A stretch of DNA of 64,000 bases from an uncultured delta proteobacterium (GTDB lineage: Bacteria; Desulfobacterota; Desulfobacteria; Desulfobacterales; JAHEIW01). The stretch lies in NCBI GenBank assembly GCA_963706575.1, contig CAVPNL010000006.1, positions 256,001 to 320,000 on the forward strand, read 5' to 3'. The notes under the pieces were generated by a model that ran no database searches, was not told where the DNA came from, and saw only the letters and a list, made by a program, of their open reading frames with translations. Within the stretch, counting starts at the first letter, position 1, and each line of letters begins with the position of its first letter. Shown one piece after another: positions 10,116 to 20,574 of the stretch. The translations under genes and the position numbers were made by a program.

Positions 10116-10583
10116 CCTCACGCAAAGCCGCAAAGGCGCAAAGAAAAGATTTTTTATGTTAAAAGAAAATAAAATTGCGAAGCTGGTTGTCGATGCAGCA
10201 TATCATGTTCATACAAAACTTGGTCCAGGTCTTTTGGAGTCAGTTTATGAAGTGGTGCTGGCCCATGAAATAGAAAAAAGAGGATTAGAACTCGAAAGGC
10301 AGGTATCGATACCTATTCAATATGACGGTTTGGCTTTTGATGAAGGATTTCGGGCTGACATGATTGTCGAAAACTCTGTTATTATTGAGCTTAAATCAGT
10401 TGAATCGGTGGCTCCTGTCCATAAAAAGCAGCTTTTAACTTATCTTCGATTGGCTGATAAAAAACTCGGTCTGTTGCTAAATTTTGGAGCACCGCTCATA
10501 AAAAAGGGAATCTTTCGGATAGTTAACAAACTTGAAGAATAAAACTTAAAAAAAACTTTGCGCCTTTGCGTCTTTGCGTGAGG
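10116..10583. mobile_element. Putative minimal cassette: GxxExxY gene enclosed by 28-bp inverted repeat
   Basis: CCTCACGCAAAGCCGCAAAGGCGCAAAG (10116-10143) and CTTTGCGCCTTTGCGTCTTTGCGTGAGG (10556-10583), 27/28 complementary. Confidence 0.6.
10156..10542 (+). CDS. GxxExxY protein (PD-(D/E)XK nuclease fold)
   Basis: LGPGLLESVYE, FRADMIVE, IIELKSVE, QLLTYL, GLLLNFG. Confidence 0.92.
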   Translation: MLKENKIAKLVVDAAYHVHTKLGPGLLESVYEVVLAHEIEKRGLELERQVSIPIQYDGLAFDEGFRADMIVENSVIIELKSVESVAPVHKKQLLTYLRLADKKLGLLLNFGAPLIKKGIFRIVNKLEE

Positions 10584-10597
10584 AAATTCAAATTAGC

Positions 10598-11218
10598 ATG
10601 GATAAATCATCCGTATTTGAAGAAACCTACGCGAACTATCTGGCCCGGATTGGCAGGCTGGATTTCAAAAAAATCGCCGATCGACTCGGGGCGGAGATGG
10701 TCGCTGAAGAATTGATAATCCCTTTTTTCGGGAAACCCATACGGGTATCCACTGCCGGGATCAGCGAGCCATCCGGCGGCAGACCGAATTTTTCAGTATG
10801 TGTGGTTCTTTTTAAATACCTGCTGCTGTGCCCTGAGCATGATCCGGCTGAAAATGACTGGGTGAGCTTTAAGGATTTCAAAGATTCGGCGCCCTTTGCC
10901 GGTGCCTTCTTCAATTACACCGAAGTCCCGCTGGCCAAATATTTTTCAGGGCGCCTGAAAGATCTGGAGACCGCCTGCCGAGGAATCCAGGGTCATCCGC
11001 CGGCCGCAACGTTCTCCTATGACCTGTGCATGCAGTTCAATGCGCTGCCGAAGATTCCGGTTCTGATGCTTTTCAACGATGCCGATGAGGAGTTTCCGGC
11101 CCGGTGTGCGGTACTCTTTGAAAGACGCGCTGAAAATTATCTGGATATGGAGTGTCTGGCCATGGTGGGCATGCTGCTGTTTGAATACCTAAAACCGTTA
11201 GCAACCCCGTCGGCCTGA
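10598..11218 (+). CDS. DUF3786-like protein
   Basis: WVSFKDFKDSAPF, ALPKIPV, ADEEFPARCAVLF, YLDMECLA. Confidence 0.75.
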   Translation: MDKSSVFEETYANYLARIGRLDFKKIADRLGAEMVAEELIIPFFGKPIRVSTAGISEPSGGRPNFSVCVVLFKYLLLCPEHDPAENDWVSFKDFKDSAPFAGAFFNYTEVPLAKYFSGRLKDLETACRGIQGHPPAATFSYDLCMQFNALPKIPVLMLFNDADEEFPARCAVLFERRAENYLDMECLAMVGMLLFEYLKPLATPSA

Positions 11219-11294
11219 TCGGCCGGCAGGGCTGTCGGCCCGTTGTACCCTCAGGTGGCCTTTGCATCCGCCGGTACCTATAAGTGCCGCCAGG

Positions 11295-12796
11295 TTATTC
11301 CCAGTCCAGCAGGCGCTGTTGACCTTCCAGTTTGCGGATCTGGGCCAGGTCCTGGCTGACCTCCAGGCATCCGCGGTAGTATCCCTCGGCATCCCGCACG
11401 GCAAAGTAGCGGATGTAAATGAATTTGCCGCCCAGTTCGATCCAGAATTCGGCCGTGTCCCGTGAGCCGGACTTGAAGGCGTCCAGGATCTGGTTGACGA
11501 GATGGACGCTTTTGGGCGGATGGCAGTTGCGAACCTCCCGGCCGATGATCGCGGGACTGCGCGGGAAAATCCGCTCGGGCCCTTCGGAGTAGTAAGCGAC
11601 CCGGTCGGTTTCATCCACGAAGGTTAAGTCCACCGGCAGATGGGTGAGCATCAGGTTGATCTGCTCCAGGGTCATGCGGCCCGTATCCAGTCCCAGGGCC
11701 CCGGCCACCTCTTCCAAAACCTCCGTCGGTTCGGGGGGCACGTCCTCGGGTTCCTGTTCCAAAATGATATCTTCGGGCCAACCCGTATCCGGAACGACCC
11801 AGGCAAAACCGATATCCGCCTCACCTTCTTTGACCTTGATCCATTCCTGATCGGTTAACATATCCAGGCTGGCGGGATAAAGGATATGCTCTTCTTTGTA
11901 GATCATGTCCCGAATCGCCTGGATGGCTTCTTTCAGCGGCGTGAGTGTGCCTTCCGGATCGGCATTTGCAAATGCTTCCCGGGCCTGCTTGAGGCCGGCG
12001 CGAATATCATCGTGGATGGACCACATTACCTGGGAAGGCCCTGTAAAATGATGGGCTTCCAGCATGGGAAAAAGCTGATTCTCCTTGCGGGTGTAATGAA
12101 TATCGATTTCAGATAAACGATCCATAAGAGATCCCAGTGCCTGGCTGTTCTCCTGAAAGGCTTCAGACCGGGGAGGGGATCCGATGCGCCCCATGAGCAT
12201 GCTGGTTTCACTCATGATCTTTTCGGAAGCCCGGTTCTCCTTCATAAAGGTGTGGATGGGATGTCCCATTGGCGGCTCCGGCCGATCCTGCTCCTCCAAT
12301 GCTTCTTTAAATATTTCAACGTGGACGTCGCACAGGCGCTTGATTTCTTCGGCGGGCAGGCCCTCTTCCATAAGGGCTTGCTCCATTTTTGCGATTTCGG
12401 TGGCCTCAACGCCGCTGATCAACTGACTGAATCTTTGTTTGAGAACCGCCATATCCTCACCGGCGTGAAGGGCCTTGATAATTTCCTTGAGCGCCGCCTG
12501 CTTTTCTTCAGGGTCGCTGATAGCGTCCTGCGGCTCCGTCGGGAGCAGTTCCGTCCGGTGTTGCAGCTGCTGCCCGTTTGCCGGTCTATTTCCGCTGCCA
12601 GGTCTGCCAAAAAATCGTCCAGGTCCAGACCGCCGATACCGGCGATCTTGCTGAGGCTGGCCACTTTGCCGATGGTTTTGCGCATAATCGGATTTTTGAG
12701 ACCCTTAAACTTGGGCGACAACCTGACCAAAAAATCTTCCAAAAAAGGGTACTCTTTCAACAGATCGTCGATCTTGGTGTTGGCGTTGATTTCCAT
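11295..12796 (-). pseudogene. DUF1858-DUF438-hemerythrin-PAS protein, split by frameshift near 12530-12570
   Basis: N-part MEINANTKIDDLLKEYPFL...LKNPIMRKT; downstream frame LKEIIKALHAGEDM, LCDVH, GHPIHTF, HYTRKENQLFP, NCHPPKS. Confidence 0.8.
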
Positions 12797-12854
12797 GGCA
12801 AAGTCTCCTTAATTCTTTTTGCAAGATTTGATAATCGATAATTTTCTGGGAGAG

Positions 12855-12883
12855 ATCATAGAGAAAATCGAATGGTAAGTCAA
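12855..12883 (-). promoter_or_regulatory. Sigma70-type promoter for DUF438 gene
   Basis: TTGACT-17 bp-TATGAT on minus strand. Confidence 0.5.
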
Positions 12884-12979
12884 TTTTGTTATGTTGTCTT
12901 AAAAAGCTGGACGAATATTTGATGATCCACCGATGGGGGTCGATAGGCGATCCTGAAAATAGTAAAGTGCGACCGGTTT

Positions 12980-13040
12980 TCGTGGCTGGAAGCCACTCCC
13001 ACATTTCATTATAAACAGTGGGAGCGGCATCTTGCCGCGA
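12980..13040. repeat. REP-like doublet (GTGGGAGC type)
   Basis: TCGTGGCTGGAAGCCACTCCCAC ... GTGGGAGCGGCATCTTGCCGCGA. Confidence 0.6.
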
Positions 13041-13185
13041 TATACGATGCAGCGGCCTTCGACCTCCAGCCTTAATCTCATCCCCAATATCGGAAAATTG
13101 AACGAGTGAATTGTGTGTAGTAGATTTGAAACATTGAATGGCAGGTAAGCACGATAAATATCCAATTATAGGATCTGATTTCGAT

Positions 13186-14436
13186 TTATTCCCCCGCCTC
13201 ATAGCGCTGCTCAATGATCAGCGCCGGTTTGAGCAGCAGCGAAACCACAAAGATGCCCAGGGCCAGGATACCGAGGGTAATGCTGACCTCCACCCAGCTG
13301 GGTGCGTAATTCACCACCTCCCCCAGGGGTGACGGCACCAGGCCGGGTACTATCAAACCGATGCCTTTTTCGATCCAGATCCCTAAAAACAGCAGTACAC
13401 AGGCCGGTACCAGTACTTTGGGGTTGTTCTTGCCCGGGTTAAACGCCATTGTCAGGGTGCCGATGACGTTCATGACGATGGCGGTCCAGATCCACGGGAC
13501 CAGGGCGGTGTGGCCCTTGAGGCCGAAATACAGGTAGATGGCCGGCTGACTGTGATGGGTGGGCAGATAGAATTCCTTGAAAACCTCGGAAAAGAGCATG
13601 ATCAGGTTAATGATGGCGGCGACCACGCTGATACGCCGGATTTTGTTAAAGACCTGGTCTTCAACCCGAAATGAAGTCGTGGACTGAATGATGACCAGCA
13701 CGATAATGATCAAGGCCGGGCCGGCCGCAAAAGCGGATGCCAGAAAGCGGGGGCCCATCAAAGGGTTGTTCCAGAAAGGCCTGGCCGGCAGTCCCTGATA
13801 CAAAAAGGCGGTCACCAGGTGGATGCCGAACGCCCAGAATATGGAGATAAAAACGAGAGGCAAATATAATTTATCTTTGGGCTTACGGTGGTAATAATGA
13901 CAGTACAGGATGTAGGCCGGCACCAGCAGGTTCAAGACCAGATAGCCGTTTAACACCAGAACGTCCCAGGTCAGCAGCGATGTCGGCCAGTTGAACAACC
14001 CGATAATCGGCATCATGTGCCAGGCGTTCCAGGGGGCACCCAGGTCCACAAAAACAAACATCAAACACATGACCAGAGCGCCGATGGCTACGCATTCGCC
14101 AATGATCACCACCTTGTGCAGGTCTTTGTCTTTGAAAATATAAGACGGTAAAATGATCATCACGGCGGCGGCGGCGACACCCACCAGAAAGGTGAAATTG
14201 GCGATATAAAATCCCCAGCTGACGATGTCCGACATGTTCGTGGCTGCCATGCCTACTTTTAGTTGAACAAAATAGGCATAGACCCCCAGCACCATCAAAG
14301 CGGCCAGAATGCACAGATATATTTGATATATCAGCCCGCCTGACAGGCTCCAGGTGATGACATCTTTGACAAATGCGGTGACTTCCTTGATAATCGACAA
14401 TTTGTGCGTCATAATTTTTTCTTGGGTCGTTTCCAT
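13186..14436 (-). CDS. NrfD/PsrC/DsrP-family membrane quinol-interacting subunit
   Basis: ~10 TM; WGFYIANFTFLVGVAAAAV, VDLG, PRFLASAFAAGPA, WIEKG. Confidence 0.88.
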   Translation of the reverse strand: METTQEKIMTHKLSIIKEVTAFVKDVITWSLSGGLIYQIYLCILAALMVLGVYAYFVQLKVGMAATNMSDIVSWGFYIANFTFLVGVAAAAVMIILPSYIFKDKDLHKVVIIGECVAIGALVMCLMFVFVDLGAPWNAWHMMPIIGLFNWPTSLLTWDVLVLNGYLVLNLLVPAYILYCHYYHRKPKDKLYLPLVFISIFWAFGIHLVTAFLYQGLPARPFWNNPLMGPRFLASAFAAGPALIIIVLVIIQSTTSFRVEDQVFNKIRRISVVAAIINLIMLFSEVFKEFYLPTHHSQPAIYLYFGLKGHTALVPWIWTAIVMNVIGTLTMAFNPGKNNPKVLVPACVLLFLGIWIEKGIGLIVPGLVPSPLGEVVNYAPSWVEVSITLGILALGIFVVSLLLKPALIIEQRYEAGE

Positions 14437-14451
14437 AGAGCCTCTGCGGGT

Positions 14452-15423
14452 TTAATCGACAAAATACCAGAATTTGGGATCCGTTCCCAGATCCTCCTTC
14501 CACCTGAAAACCTTCTTGTGCTTGAGGACAAACCGGATTTCACTGTCGGGGTCCAGAAGATTCCCGAACACCCGCGCGCCGGTGGGGCAGGCTTCGACGC
14601 AGGCGGGCAGCCTGCCGGCTCTGCTCCTTTGTATACAGAAGGTACATTTTTCCATCTGTCCCCGTCCGCGCATGCGGTTGCCCAGATAGTGCTGTTTTTT
14701 GGTCATTTCATCCTTCGGCACCACCGGGTCGTTCCAGTTGAAGCGGCGCCCGTAATAGGGGCATGCGGCGATACAGTAGCGGCAGCCGATACACCAGTCG
14801 TAATCAACCACCACGATTCCATCCGGTTCCTGCCAGGTGGCCTTTGTTGGGCAGGCCTTGACACAGGGTGCGTTTTGACAGTGGTTGCACTGCACCCCCA
14901 TGTAGAAATGATCTTCAACCGGTACCTGGTGATAGAATTTGGCGTTGCCGACCTCCGGGGTCAGTTGACCGTGTTCCATCTCGAAAATCCGGATATATTG
15001 CATGCTGGATTTGCGGTCGAGGTTGTTTTCCTTCACACAGGCGGCCACACACTCCATGTAGCCTTCGCACCGCGTGACGTTAAAGGCATAGCCGAATAGG
15101 ACGCCTTCGATCGGCGGTGCGGAGCCCATCTGGATATTGACATTATTTTTGATTTTAGCCAGCTGCTCCAGGCGCCGGACCGTCTCATCTTTTTCCTCCT
15201 GGGTCATGAGGCGGTAGTGTTTCTTGAAGTATTCCTTCCAGCGCAACGAAAGCTCCTCTTTGGAGCCCAGCATGCCGCCGCCGCAACCGGCGAGCATCGC
15301 AGCCCCACCGAGCGCAGCGACTCGGGCGGCGCCTTTCAGGAATTCCCGTCGCCCGCATTGTTGGGTCTGCTGGCAGTCTTTTTCCTGTGGCTTCTGACAG
15401 ATCTTATTTTTCCGGGGATCCAT
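14452..15423 (-). CDS. NrfC/DsrO-like Tat-exported 4Fe-4S ferredoxin subunit
   Basis: GRREFLK Tat motif; CNHCQNAPC, CIGCRYCIAACP, CTFC, PACVEACP. Confidence 0.88.
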   Translation of the reverse strand: MDPRKNKICQKPQEKDCQQTQQCGRREFLKGAARVAALGGAAMLAGCGGGMLGSKEELSLRWKEYFKKHYRLMTQEEKDETVRRLEQLAKIKNNVNIQMGSAPPIEGVLFGYAFNVTRCEGYMECVAACVKENNLDRKSSMQYIRIFEMEHGQLTPEVGNAKFYHQVPVEDHFYMGVQCNHCQNAPCVKACPTKATWQEPDGIVVVDYDWCIGCRYCIAACPYYGRRFNWNDPVVPKDEMTKKQHYLGNRMRGRGQMEKCTFCIQRSRAGRLPACVEACPTGARVFGNLLDPDSEIRFVLKHKKVFRWKEDLGTDPKFWYFVD

Positions 15424-15432
15424 GTAATTTCC

Positions 15433-16062
15433 CTATTTGCCTTTACTTAAAGGAGGTGAGTATGTTGCCGGCCAGCGCTTCTTAAAGCGCGGCGAGTGGG
15501 GATCGTGACAGCCGGTGCAGTTTTTAACCACCCGCTGGCCGGCCCAGTGGGAGATGCGCTTGCCGTGGGCACCACCCACCCAGTCTTTTTTCTGCCGGAA
15601 GTGGCACTGGCCGCACATCTGGTAGCTGTGATCCATATCGATTTTCGTGCCCTCTTCGGTTACCAGAAAATCCCGCTCATCTTGTTTATGGCAGGTATAA
15701 CAGGACAGGGGCCGCGCCTCACTGCCATGGTTCAGGAGGATTTCACCGTGGGCGATTTCAGCGGCCCGCGCCACCCTGACCGGTTTGTTATTGTGGCATT
15801 GACTGCATTTAAAGCGCTGGATCTTGTCCTTGCGGGTCTCGGTCCGGAAGCGCCCTCCCTGGTATCTTTCCGTCACCAGAACGGAAGGTATCGGAAGCGC
15901 CAGGGCCGCATCAACCTGCTTTTCATTATCAAATGGAGCCGTTGCATTTTTGTAGATTTGAACGACGCCGTCCTCTGTGGAATATGCAAGGCCGGTCGCA
16001 AAAATCAGCAGCAATACCGGCAATATTCCCCAGAAGTGATTTTTAAATATTGGTGTCTTCAT
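15433..16062 (-). CDS. Tetraheme cytochrome c
   Basis: Signal/TM; CSQCH, CYTCH, CGQCH, CTGCH. Confidence 0.85.
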   Translation of the reverse strand: MKTPIFKNHFWGILPVLLLIFATGLAYSTEDGVVQIYKNATAPFDNEKQVDAALALPIPSVLVTERYQGGRFRTETRKDKIQRFKCSQCHNNKPVRVARAAEIAHGEILLNHGSEARPLSCYTCHKQDERDFLVTEEGTKIDMDHSYQMCGQCHFRQKKDWVGGAHGKRISHWAGQRVVKNCTGCHDPHSPRFKKRWPATYSPPLSKGK

Positions 16063-16077
16063 ATCGACCCTGATGGT

Positions 16078-16776
16078 TTAGGATTTCGGTTTTCTTTCAA
16101 ACAGCGGTGCATTGGTTTCCGGCACATGGCACTGTCTGCAATTGCCCCGTGAGGGATGCTCCACCCGAATGGTGGCAACCGTTCCCGGTCCCACATGACA
16201 GGAGATGCAGTTGCCTCGCATCTGAATATCATGGGGAATGGGCGGCGGCGCCCCCGGTAAGGAGGCCCGTCCCAGGCGGGGCGGTGCCACGCTCATCCAG
16301 TCGGTTTCGACAAAAGGTTTGGCCTCGGTCACGGTGATATGGCATTGCCGGCAGGCCACCTGCTCGGGGTGCGGTGTAATGGGTGTATTTTTCTTGAGTT
16401 CATCCGTCCAGCCGCCCCGGGCGTGACAGGTCAGGCACTCGACTGCGGCCAGATCCGGCTCTTCGACCTTGTGGGGAATAAACGGCGGTGACCCCGGATA
16501 CTGCCTGCGGGAGTAGTATTCTTCGAGTGTGCGCCCGGTGGAAGTGCCCGCCAGATAGTCTTCAGATATCTGGTCATAGTTTACAAAAATGGCTTTCCCG
16601 TTATTATCAAAGTCCATGTCCTGGGTTTCCGCAACGGTTGTTCCCGTTTCCATTTCTTGCGGCTCGGATGAAAAGGCCGAAAATACGATCAACGGTAACG
16701 CCACGATGCAAATCCCGGCAAATATCAGAAAAACCTTTCCCACTTTCTGATCCCCTTTATGTTTTGGTTTTTCCAT
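16078..16776 (-). CDS. NapB-like membrane-anchored tetraheme cytochrome c
   Basis: PPFIPH..CLTCH..CRQCH and PPPIPH..CISCH..CRQCH (duplicated NapB-like unit); TAATG coupling to napA. Confidence 0.8.
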   Translation of the reverse strand: MEKPKHKGDQKVGKVFLIFAGICIVALPLIVFSAFSSEPQEMETGTTVAETQDMDFDNNGKAIFVNYDQISEDYLAGTSTGRTLEEYYSRRQYPGSPPFIPHKVEEPDLAAVECLTCHARGGWTDELKKNTPITPHPEQVACRQCHITVTEAKPFVETDWMSVAPPRLGRASLPGAPPPIPHDIQMRGNCISCHVGPGTVATIRVEHPSRGNCRQCHVPETNAPLFERKPKS

Positions 16777-19085
16777 TATACTTTCTCCAGTTTAACCGCA
16801 CATTTTTTATAATCGGGCTGTTTGGATATGGGGCAAAACGCATCCAAAGTGGCCTCGTTGATTAAATAGCTTTCATCAAAGAAAGGAACGAAAACCATTC
16901 CCCGGGGCGGGCGCCCCCGGCCGTTGATACTGGCTTTCATTGTCACCGATCCCCGGCGGGAAGAAACTTTGACCTTGCTGCCGTTGGTAATCCCCATGCG
17001 GTCAGCATCGTCTGGGTTTAATTCCACATAGGCCTCCGGTACCGCCCGGTGCAGGACCGGCACACGCCGGGTCATGGATCCGGTATGCCAGTGTTCCAGG
17101 ACGCGTCCGGTATTGAGCCAGAAGGGGTATTCGCTGTCAGGAGACTCTGCTGCCGGCTCATAGGGCCGCAGCCATATCCAGGCCCTGCGGTCGGGCTTGC
17201 CATAGAAATCAAAGTCTTCGCCCTCGGCCGCCGGGTCATACTTGGCGTTGTAACGCCATTTGGTCTCCAGCCCGTTGACATACGGCCACACGATCCCGGA
17301 TTTTGCTTGAAGGTCTTTATAAGGCGCCATGCGGTGTTTGGGATTATCGTGGAACTGGATATATTCATTCCAGGCGTCTTCGATATAGGTTTCTTCGGAC
17401 CAGGGGAACTGCTTTTCAAAGCCCATTCGCCGGGCCACCTCGATGATCTGCCAGGTATTGCTCATGCAGTCACCCGGCATGGGAACAATCTGCTCATTGT
17501 GCTGGGTGCGCCGCTCGGAGTTGCCGAAAAATCCTTCACGCTCGATCCACAGGGCAGCCGGCAGAACCACATCGGCCACGTCGTAGGTGGGGGTTGGATA
17601 TATCTCGGATACCACGATGAAGCGGTCGTCTTTTTTGGCGCCGTCCCGATAGCGGTTCAAGTTGGGCATGGTGACCATGGGGTTGGTGACTTGAATCCAC
17701 ATGAAGCGGATGTCGCCGCGATCCAGCGCCCGGAACATTTCAACCGTATGATAGGTGGGTTTGGGATCGATATTTTCCACCGGCACGTCCCAGATCTTGG
17801 CAGCAAACTTGCGGTGATCTTCATTCATGACCACGCCTTTGGGCAGCTTATGGGTTAGGGTGCCGACTTCACGCACCGTCCCGCAGGCGCTTGGCTGCCC
17901 GGTCAATGAAAAAGGACCGTTACCCGGTTGGGATATTTTGCCCACCAGCAAATGACAGTTGTAAACCAGGTTGTTGATCCAGGTTCCCCGGGTATGCTGG
18001 TTCATACCCATGCACCAGTAAGAGACCACCTTTTTGTCAGGATCCCCGTAAAGCGCTGCCAGATATTTAATGTCTTGGGCCGGCACCCCGGACAGTTTTT
18101 CAACCTTTTCCGGTGTGTAATCTTCCAGAAAGGCTTTATAGGCTTCAAAGTCAACGGTTTCGGCTTTGTCCGTGAACTTGAAATGGTCCTGGGTGCCATA
18201 GCCGATGTTGGTTTTGCCTTTATGAAAGGAGACGTGCTTGTTGACAAAATCCCAGTTGACCCAGTCATTGCGGATAATTTCATAACAGATGGAATTGGCC
18301 ACGGCCAGATCGGTCTGAGGATTGAAAATGATCGATTTGTCTGCTGCCTGGCTGGTGCGGGTGGTGCGGGTGGCAAAATCGATGATCTGGACATGATTTT
18401 TGGCTTTGCGGTTGGCGAGCATTCTGGAAAAGAGCACTGGATGCATTTCGGCCATGTTATTGCCCCAGGTAATGAAGACATCGGCCTGATCGATGTCGTC
18501 ATAGCTGCCCATGGGCTCGTCCAGTCCGAAACTGGTCAAAAACCCGGTGACGGCACTGGCCATACACAGACGCGCGTTGGCTTCCAGATTATTGGTGCCG
18601 ATACAGCCTTTAAACAGCTTGGAGGAGACGTAGCCGTCGGTAATCGACCATTGCCCGGAACCGTACATAGCCACGGCGTCTTTCCCGTGGCTCTTGATGG
18701 TTTCCTGCATTTTGCTGGCCACCAGGTCGAGGGCTTCTTTAAGGGGCGTTTCCACCATCTTGCCGTTTTTGCGAACCAGGGCCTTGGTGACTCTGTCCTT
18801 GCCGTACAGGATCTGGATTGAATGATAGCCTTTGACGCAGCACAGCCCCTTGTTGACGGTACAATTGGGGTCGCCCTTTACGGCCACGGCGCGGTCACCG
18901 GAAACACCGACCAGAAGGCCGCACCCGGTGCCGCAGAACCGGCAGGGCGTCTTTTTCCATTCAATCCCTCCTGAATCGACGTTTTTCCAGGCGCCGAAAC
19001 TAATTCCCGGAAACAGTACCGCAGCAGAAGCGACGGCGCTCTGTGCAGCTGCGGATTTGATGAATTGTCTTCTGGTAATTTCCAT
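16776..19085 (-). CDS. napA: Periplasmic nitrate reductase catalytic subunit
   Basis: TRRQFIK Tat; [59 protein letters not shown]. Confidence 0.95.
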   Translation of the reverse strand: MEITRRQFIKSAAAQSAVASAAVLFPGISFGAWKNVDSGGIEWKKTPCRFCGTGCGLLVGVSGDRAVAVKGDPNCTVNKGLCCVKGYHSIQILYGKDRVTKALVRKNGKMVETPLKEALDLVASKMQETIKSHGKDAVAMYGSGQWSITDGYVSSKLFKGCIGTNNLEANARLCMASAVTGFLTSFGLDEPMGSYDDIDQADVFITWGNNMAEMHPVLFSRMLANRKAKNHVQIIDFATRTTRTSQAADKSIIFNPQTDLAVANSICYEIIRNDWVNWDFVNKHVSFHKGKTNIGYGTQDHFKFTDKAETVDFEAYKAFLEDYTPEKVEKLSGVPAQDIKYLAALYGDPDKKVVSYWCMGMNQHTRGTWINNLVYNCHLLVGKISQPGNGPFSLTGQPSACGTVREVGTLTHKLPKGVVMNEDHRKFAAKIWDVPVENIDPKPTYHTVEMFRALDRGDIRFMWIQVTNPMVTMPNLNRYRDGAKKDDRFIVVSEIYPTPTYDVADVVLPAALWIEREGFFGNSERRTQHNEQIVPMPGDCMSNTWQIIEVARRMGFEKQFPWSEETYIEDAWNEYIQFHDNPKHRMAPYKDLQAKSGIVWPYVNGLETKWRYNAKYDPAAEGEDFDFYGKPDRRAWIWLRPYEPAAESPDSEYPFWLNTGRVLEHWHTGSMTRRVPVLHRAVPEAYVELNPDDADRMGITNGSKVKVSSRRGSVTMKASINGRGRPPRGMVFVPFFDESYLINEATLDAFCPISKQPDYKKCAVKLEKV

Positions 19086-19113
19086 TTGCGTGCTCCTTTT
19101 GTGTTTCTCCTCT

Positions 19114-19260
19114 GAGAAGCGGTCTCAGAATTCTGGCTCGGGTTAGAGGGCAAGGCGCAGGATAGCGCAAAAGCGGAGCATACACGACAGTATGTGAGCA
19201 TTTTGCGCTGACCTGCAACGCAGCCATCGGGCCTGAGACGGAGTTATGTGATCGCTTCTA
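19114..19260. repeat. ERIC/RPE-like palindromic element between napD and napA
   Basis: Core AAAAGCGGAGCATACACGACAGTATGTGAGCATTTT; imperfect terminal IR; right end supplies napD TAG. Confidence 0.8.
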
Positions 19261-19488
19261 TTGATCTGTATGGCCAAAGGTCATGCCTAGCGACTCCAAT
19301 GATTTTAAGGCCTGAAGTTTTTCCTGTAATTGTTTCTCGGTTTCCTCATCCGGCGTGTCGGTTACCAGGATCAAAACCTCTTCATTTTCGGCCGGTGTAA
19401 CCTCGCAGAAATCCAGGGCGGCAAGATCATTGATCAGCTGCTCCTTTGCACCCTGAACGGGATATGCCAGATAACTGAAAATCGGCAT
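19258..19488 (-). CDS. napD: NapD chaperone
   Basis: 76-aa ferredoxin-fold-like protein starting MPIFSYL directly upstream of napA. Confidence 0.75.
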   Translation of the reverse strand: MPIFSYLAYPVQGAKEQLINDLAALDFCEVTPAENEEVLILVTDTPDEETEKQLQEKLQALKSLESLGMTFGHTDQ

Positions 19489-19734
19489 CAGTGTTTCTCT
19501 TTTAATTTTGCAGTGCGCGGGTCCGGTCTGGTGATTGGACCCGGTTAAAGACTGGTGGTTGAGTTGATGAACAAAACGATATGCCCAAACGGGTTTTTCA
19601 AAAGTTTGGGTCTAATATATTTAAAAACGAAAAACGTTTTTTGTGCTATTTCGTAATGTTATCTTTTTGCAGGTGTTACAAAAGATACTTCTATGCGGTA
19701 CACTGACTTGTAACAATTAATCCGGAATAAATAT

Positions 19735-19748
19735 TTGACTTAAGTCAA
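19735..19748. promoter_or_regulatory. FNR/CRP-family (Dnr/HcpR-like) box upstream of nap operon
   Basis: Perfect palindrome TTGACTTAAGTCAA (extends to ATATTTGAC..GTCAAATAT). Confidence 0.65.
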
Positions 19749-20000
19749 ATATTTCATACCAGAAAACTATGAAATAAAAATAGGGTCAACACCGTATTTT
19801 TTCATTTAAAATACTGTATTTTGGTACGATCTCTGGAAAATTTATCGTTTTAAAACACCCAATCCCCTTTTTCCCTTTGATTTAAGGTGGCCTTTAAACT
19901 TTCACATCCAATAGAGTCGATTTGCACAGAACCAGCAATTTAATTAGAAGTTATTGATACTATTTAATATATTCAAAGTGCTACATGATTTTTTTGGCGC

Positions 20001-20029
20001 TTGACAGTGCCACAAAGTAGCATTAATAT
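20001..20029 (+). promoter_or_regulatory. Sigma70 promoter of tusA-nifS-nifU with 15-bp operator in the spacer
   Basis: TTGACA-17 bp-TAATAT; TGCCACAAAGTAGCA at 20008-20022. Confidence 0.7.
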
Positions 20030-20094
20030 TTACCTGACTAATGACGCGGCTGCCCTCTAAGTGGCCCATCAGGAAAAACAATACGGAGCACGAG

Positions 20095-20352
20095 ATGAAG
20101 TTTGTTAAGGGAAAGAAACCCGATGAATCTTTGGATTTGGTGTGTCGCATGTGCCCCATGCATCTGCTGGAACCGGGGGATAAGCTGAAATGTATGAAAA
20201 AGGGGCAGGTGCTGGAAGTGCTGACCGATTACGACGGAGCACTGGAGGATATCCCGGATTGGTGCAAAAAATGCGGCCATGAATTCATCGGCATGGAAGA
20301 AGATGACGATTACTATAAGTTCTATATAAAGAAGCAAAAAGATGAGAGCTGA
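20095..20352 (+). CDS. TusA/SirA-family sulfur carrier
   Basis: LDLVCRMCPM, GQVLEVLTD, DIPDWC, YYKFYIKK. Confidence 0.85.
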   Translation: MKFVKGKKPDESLDLVCRMCPMHLLEPGDKLKCMKKGQVLEVLTDYDGALEDIPDWCKKCGHEFIGMEEDDDYYKFYIKKQKDES

Positions 20353-20574
20353 AAGGTTTTTTACCACTTGTAAGGTGTATTGGATCAATGGAATGATGAA
20401 ATACTGGAATTCTGGAATGATGGGTTAGACGGATGGGAGATTATGAATTAGGCCATTTTCCGATTTACCCAATATTCCATTTATCGAGTATTCCATTATT
20501 CAATGGGCTGGATAAATTTAAAACGCTTATTTAAAGCGAAACCAGGTTAGAAATTTGCTAATAAGGAGAGTGTA

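Noticed and set aside
10116..10583. Integron cassette or classical IS
   Set aside because: No attC-type GTTRRRY core arrangement, integrase, DDE/HUH transposase motif or clear target duplication seen
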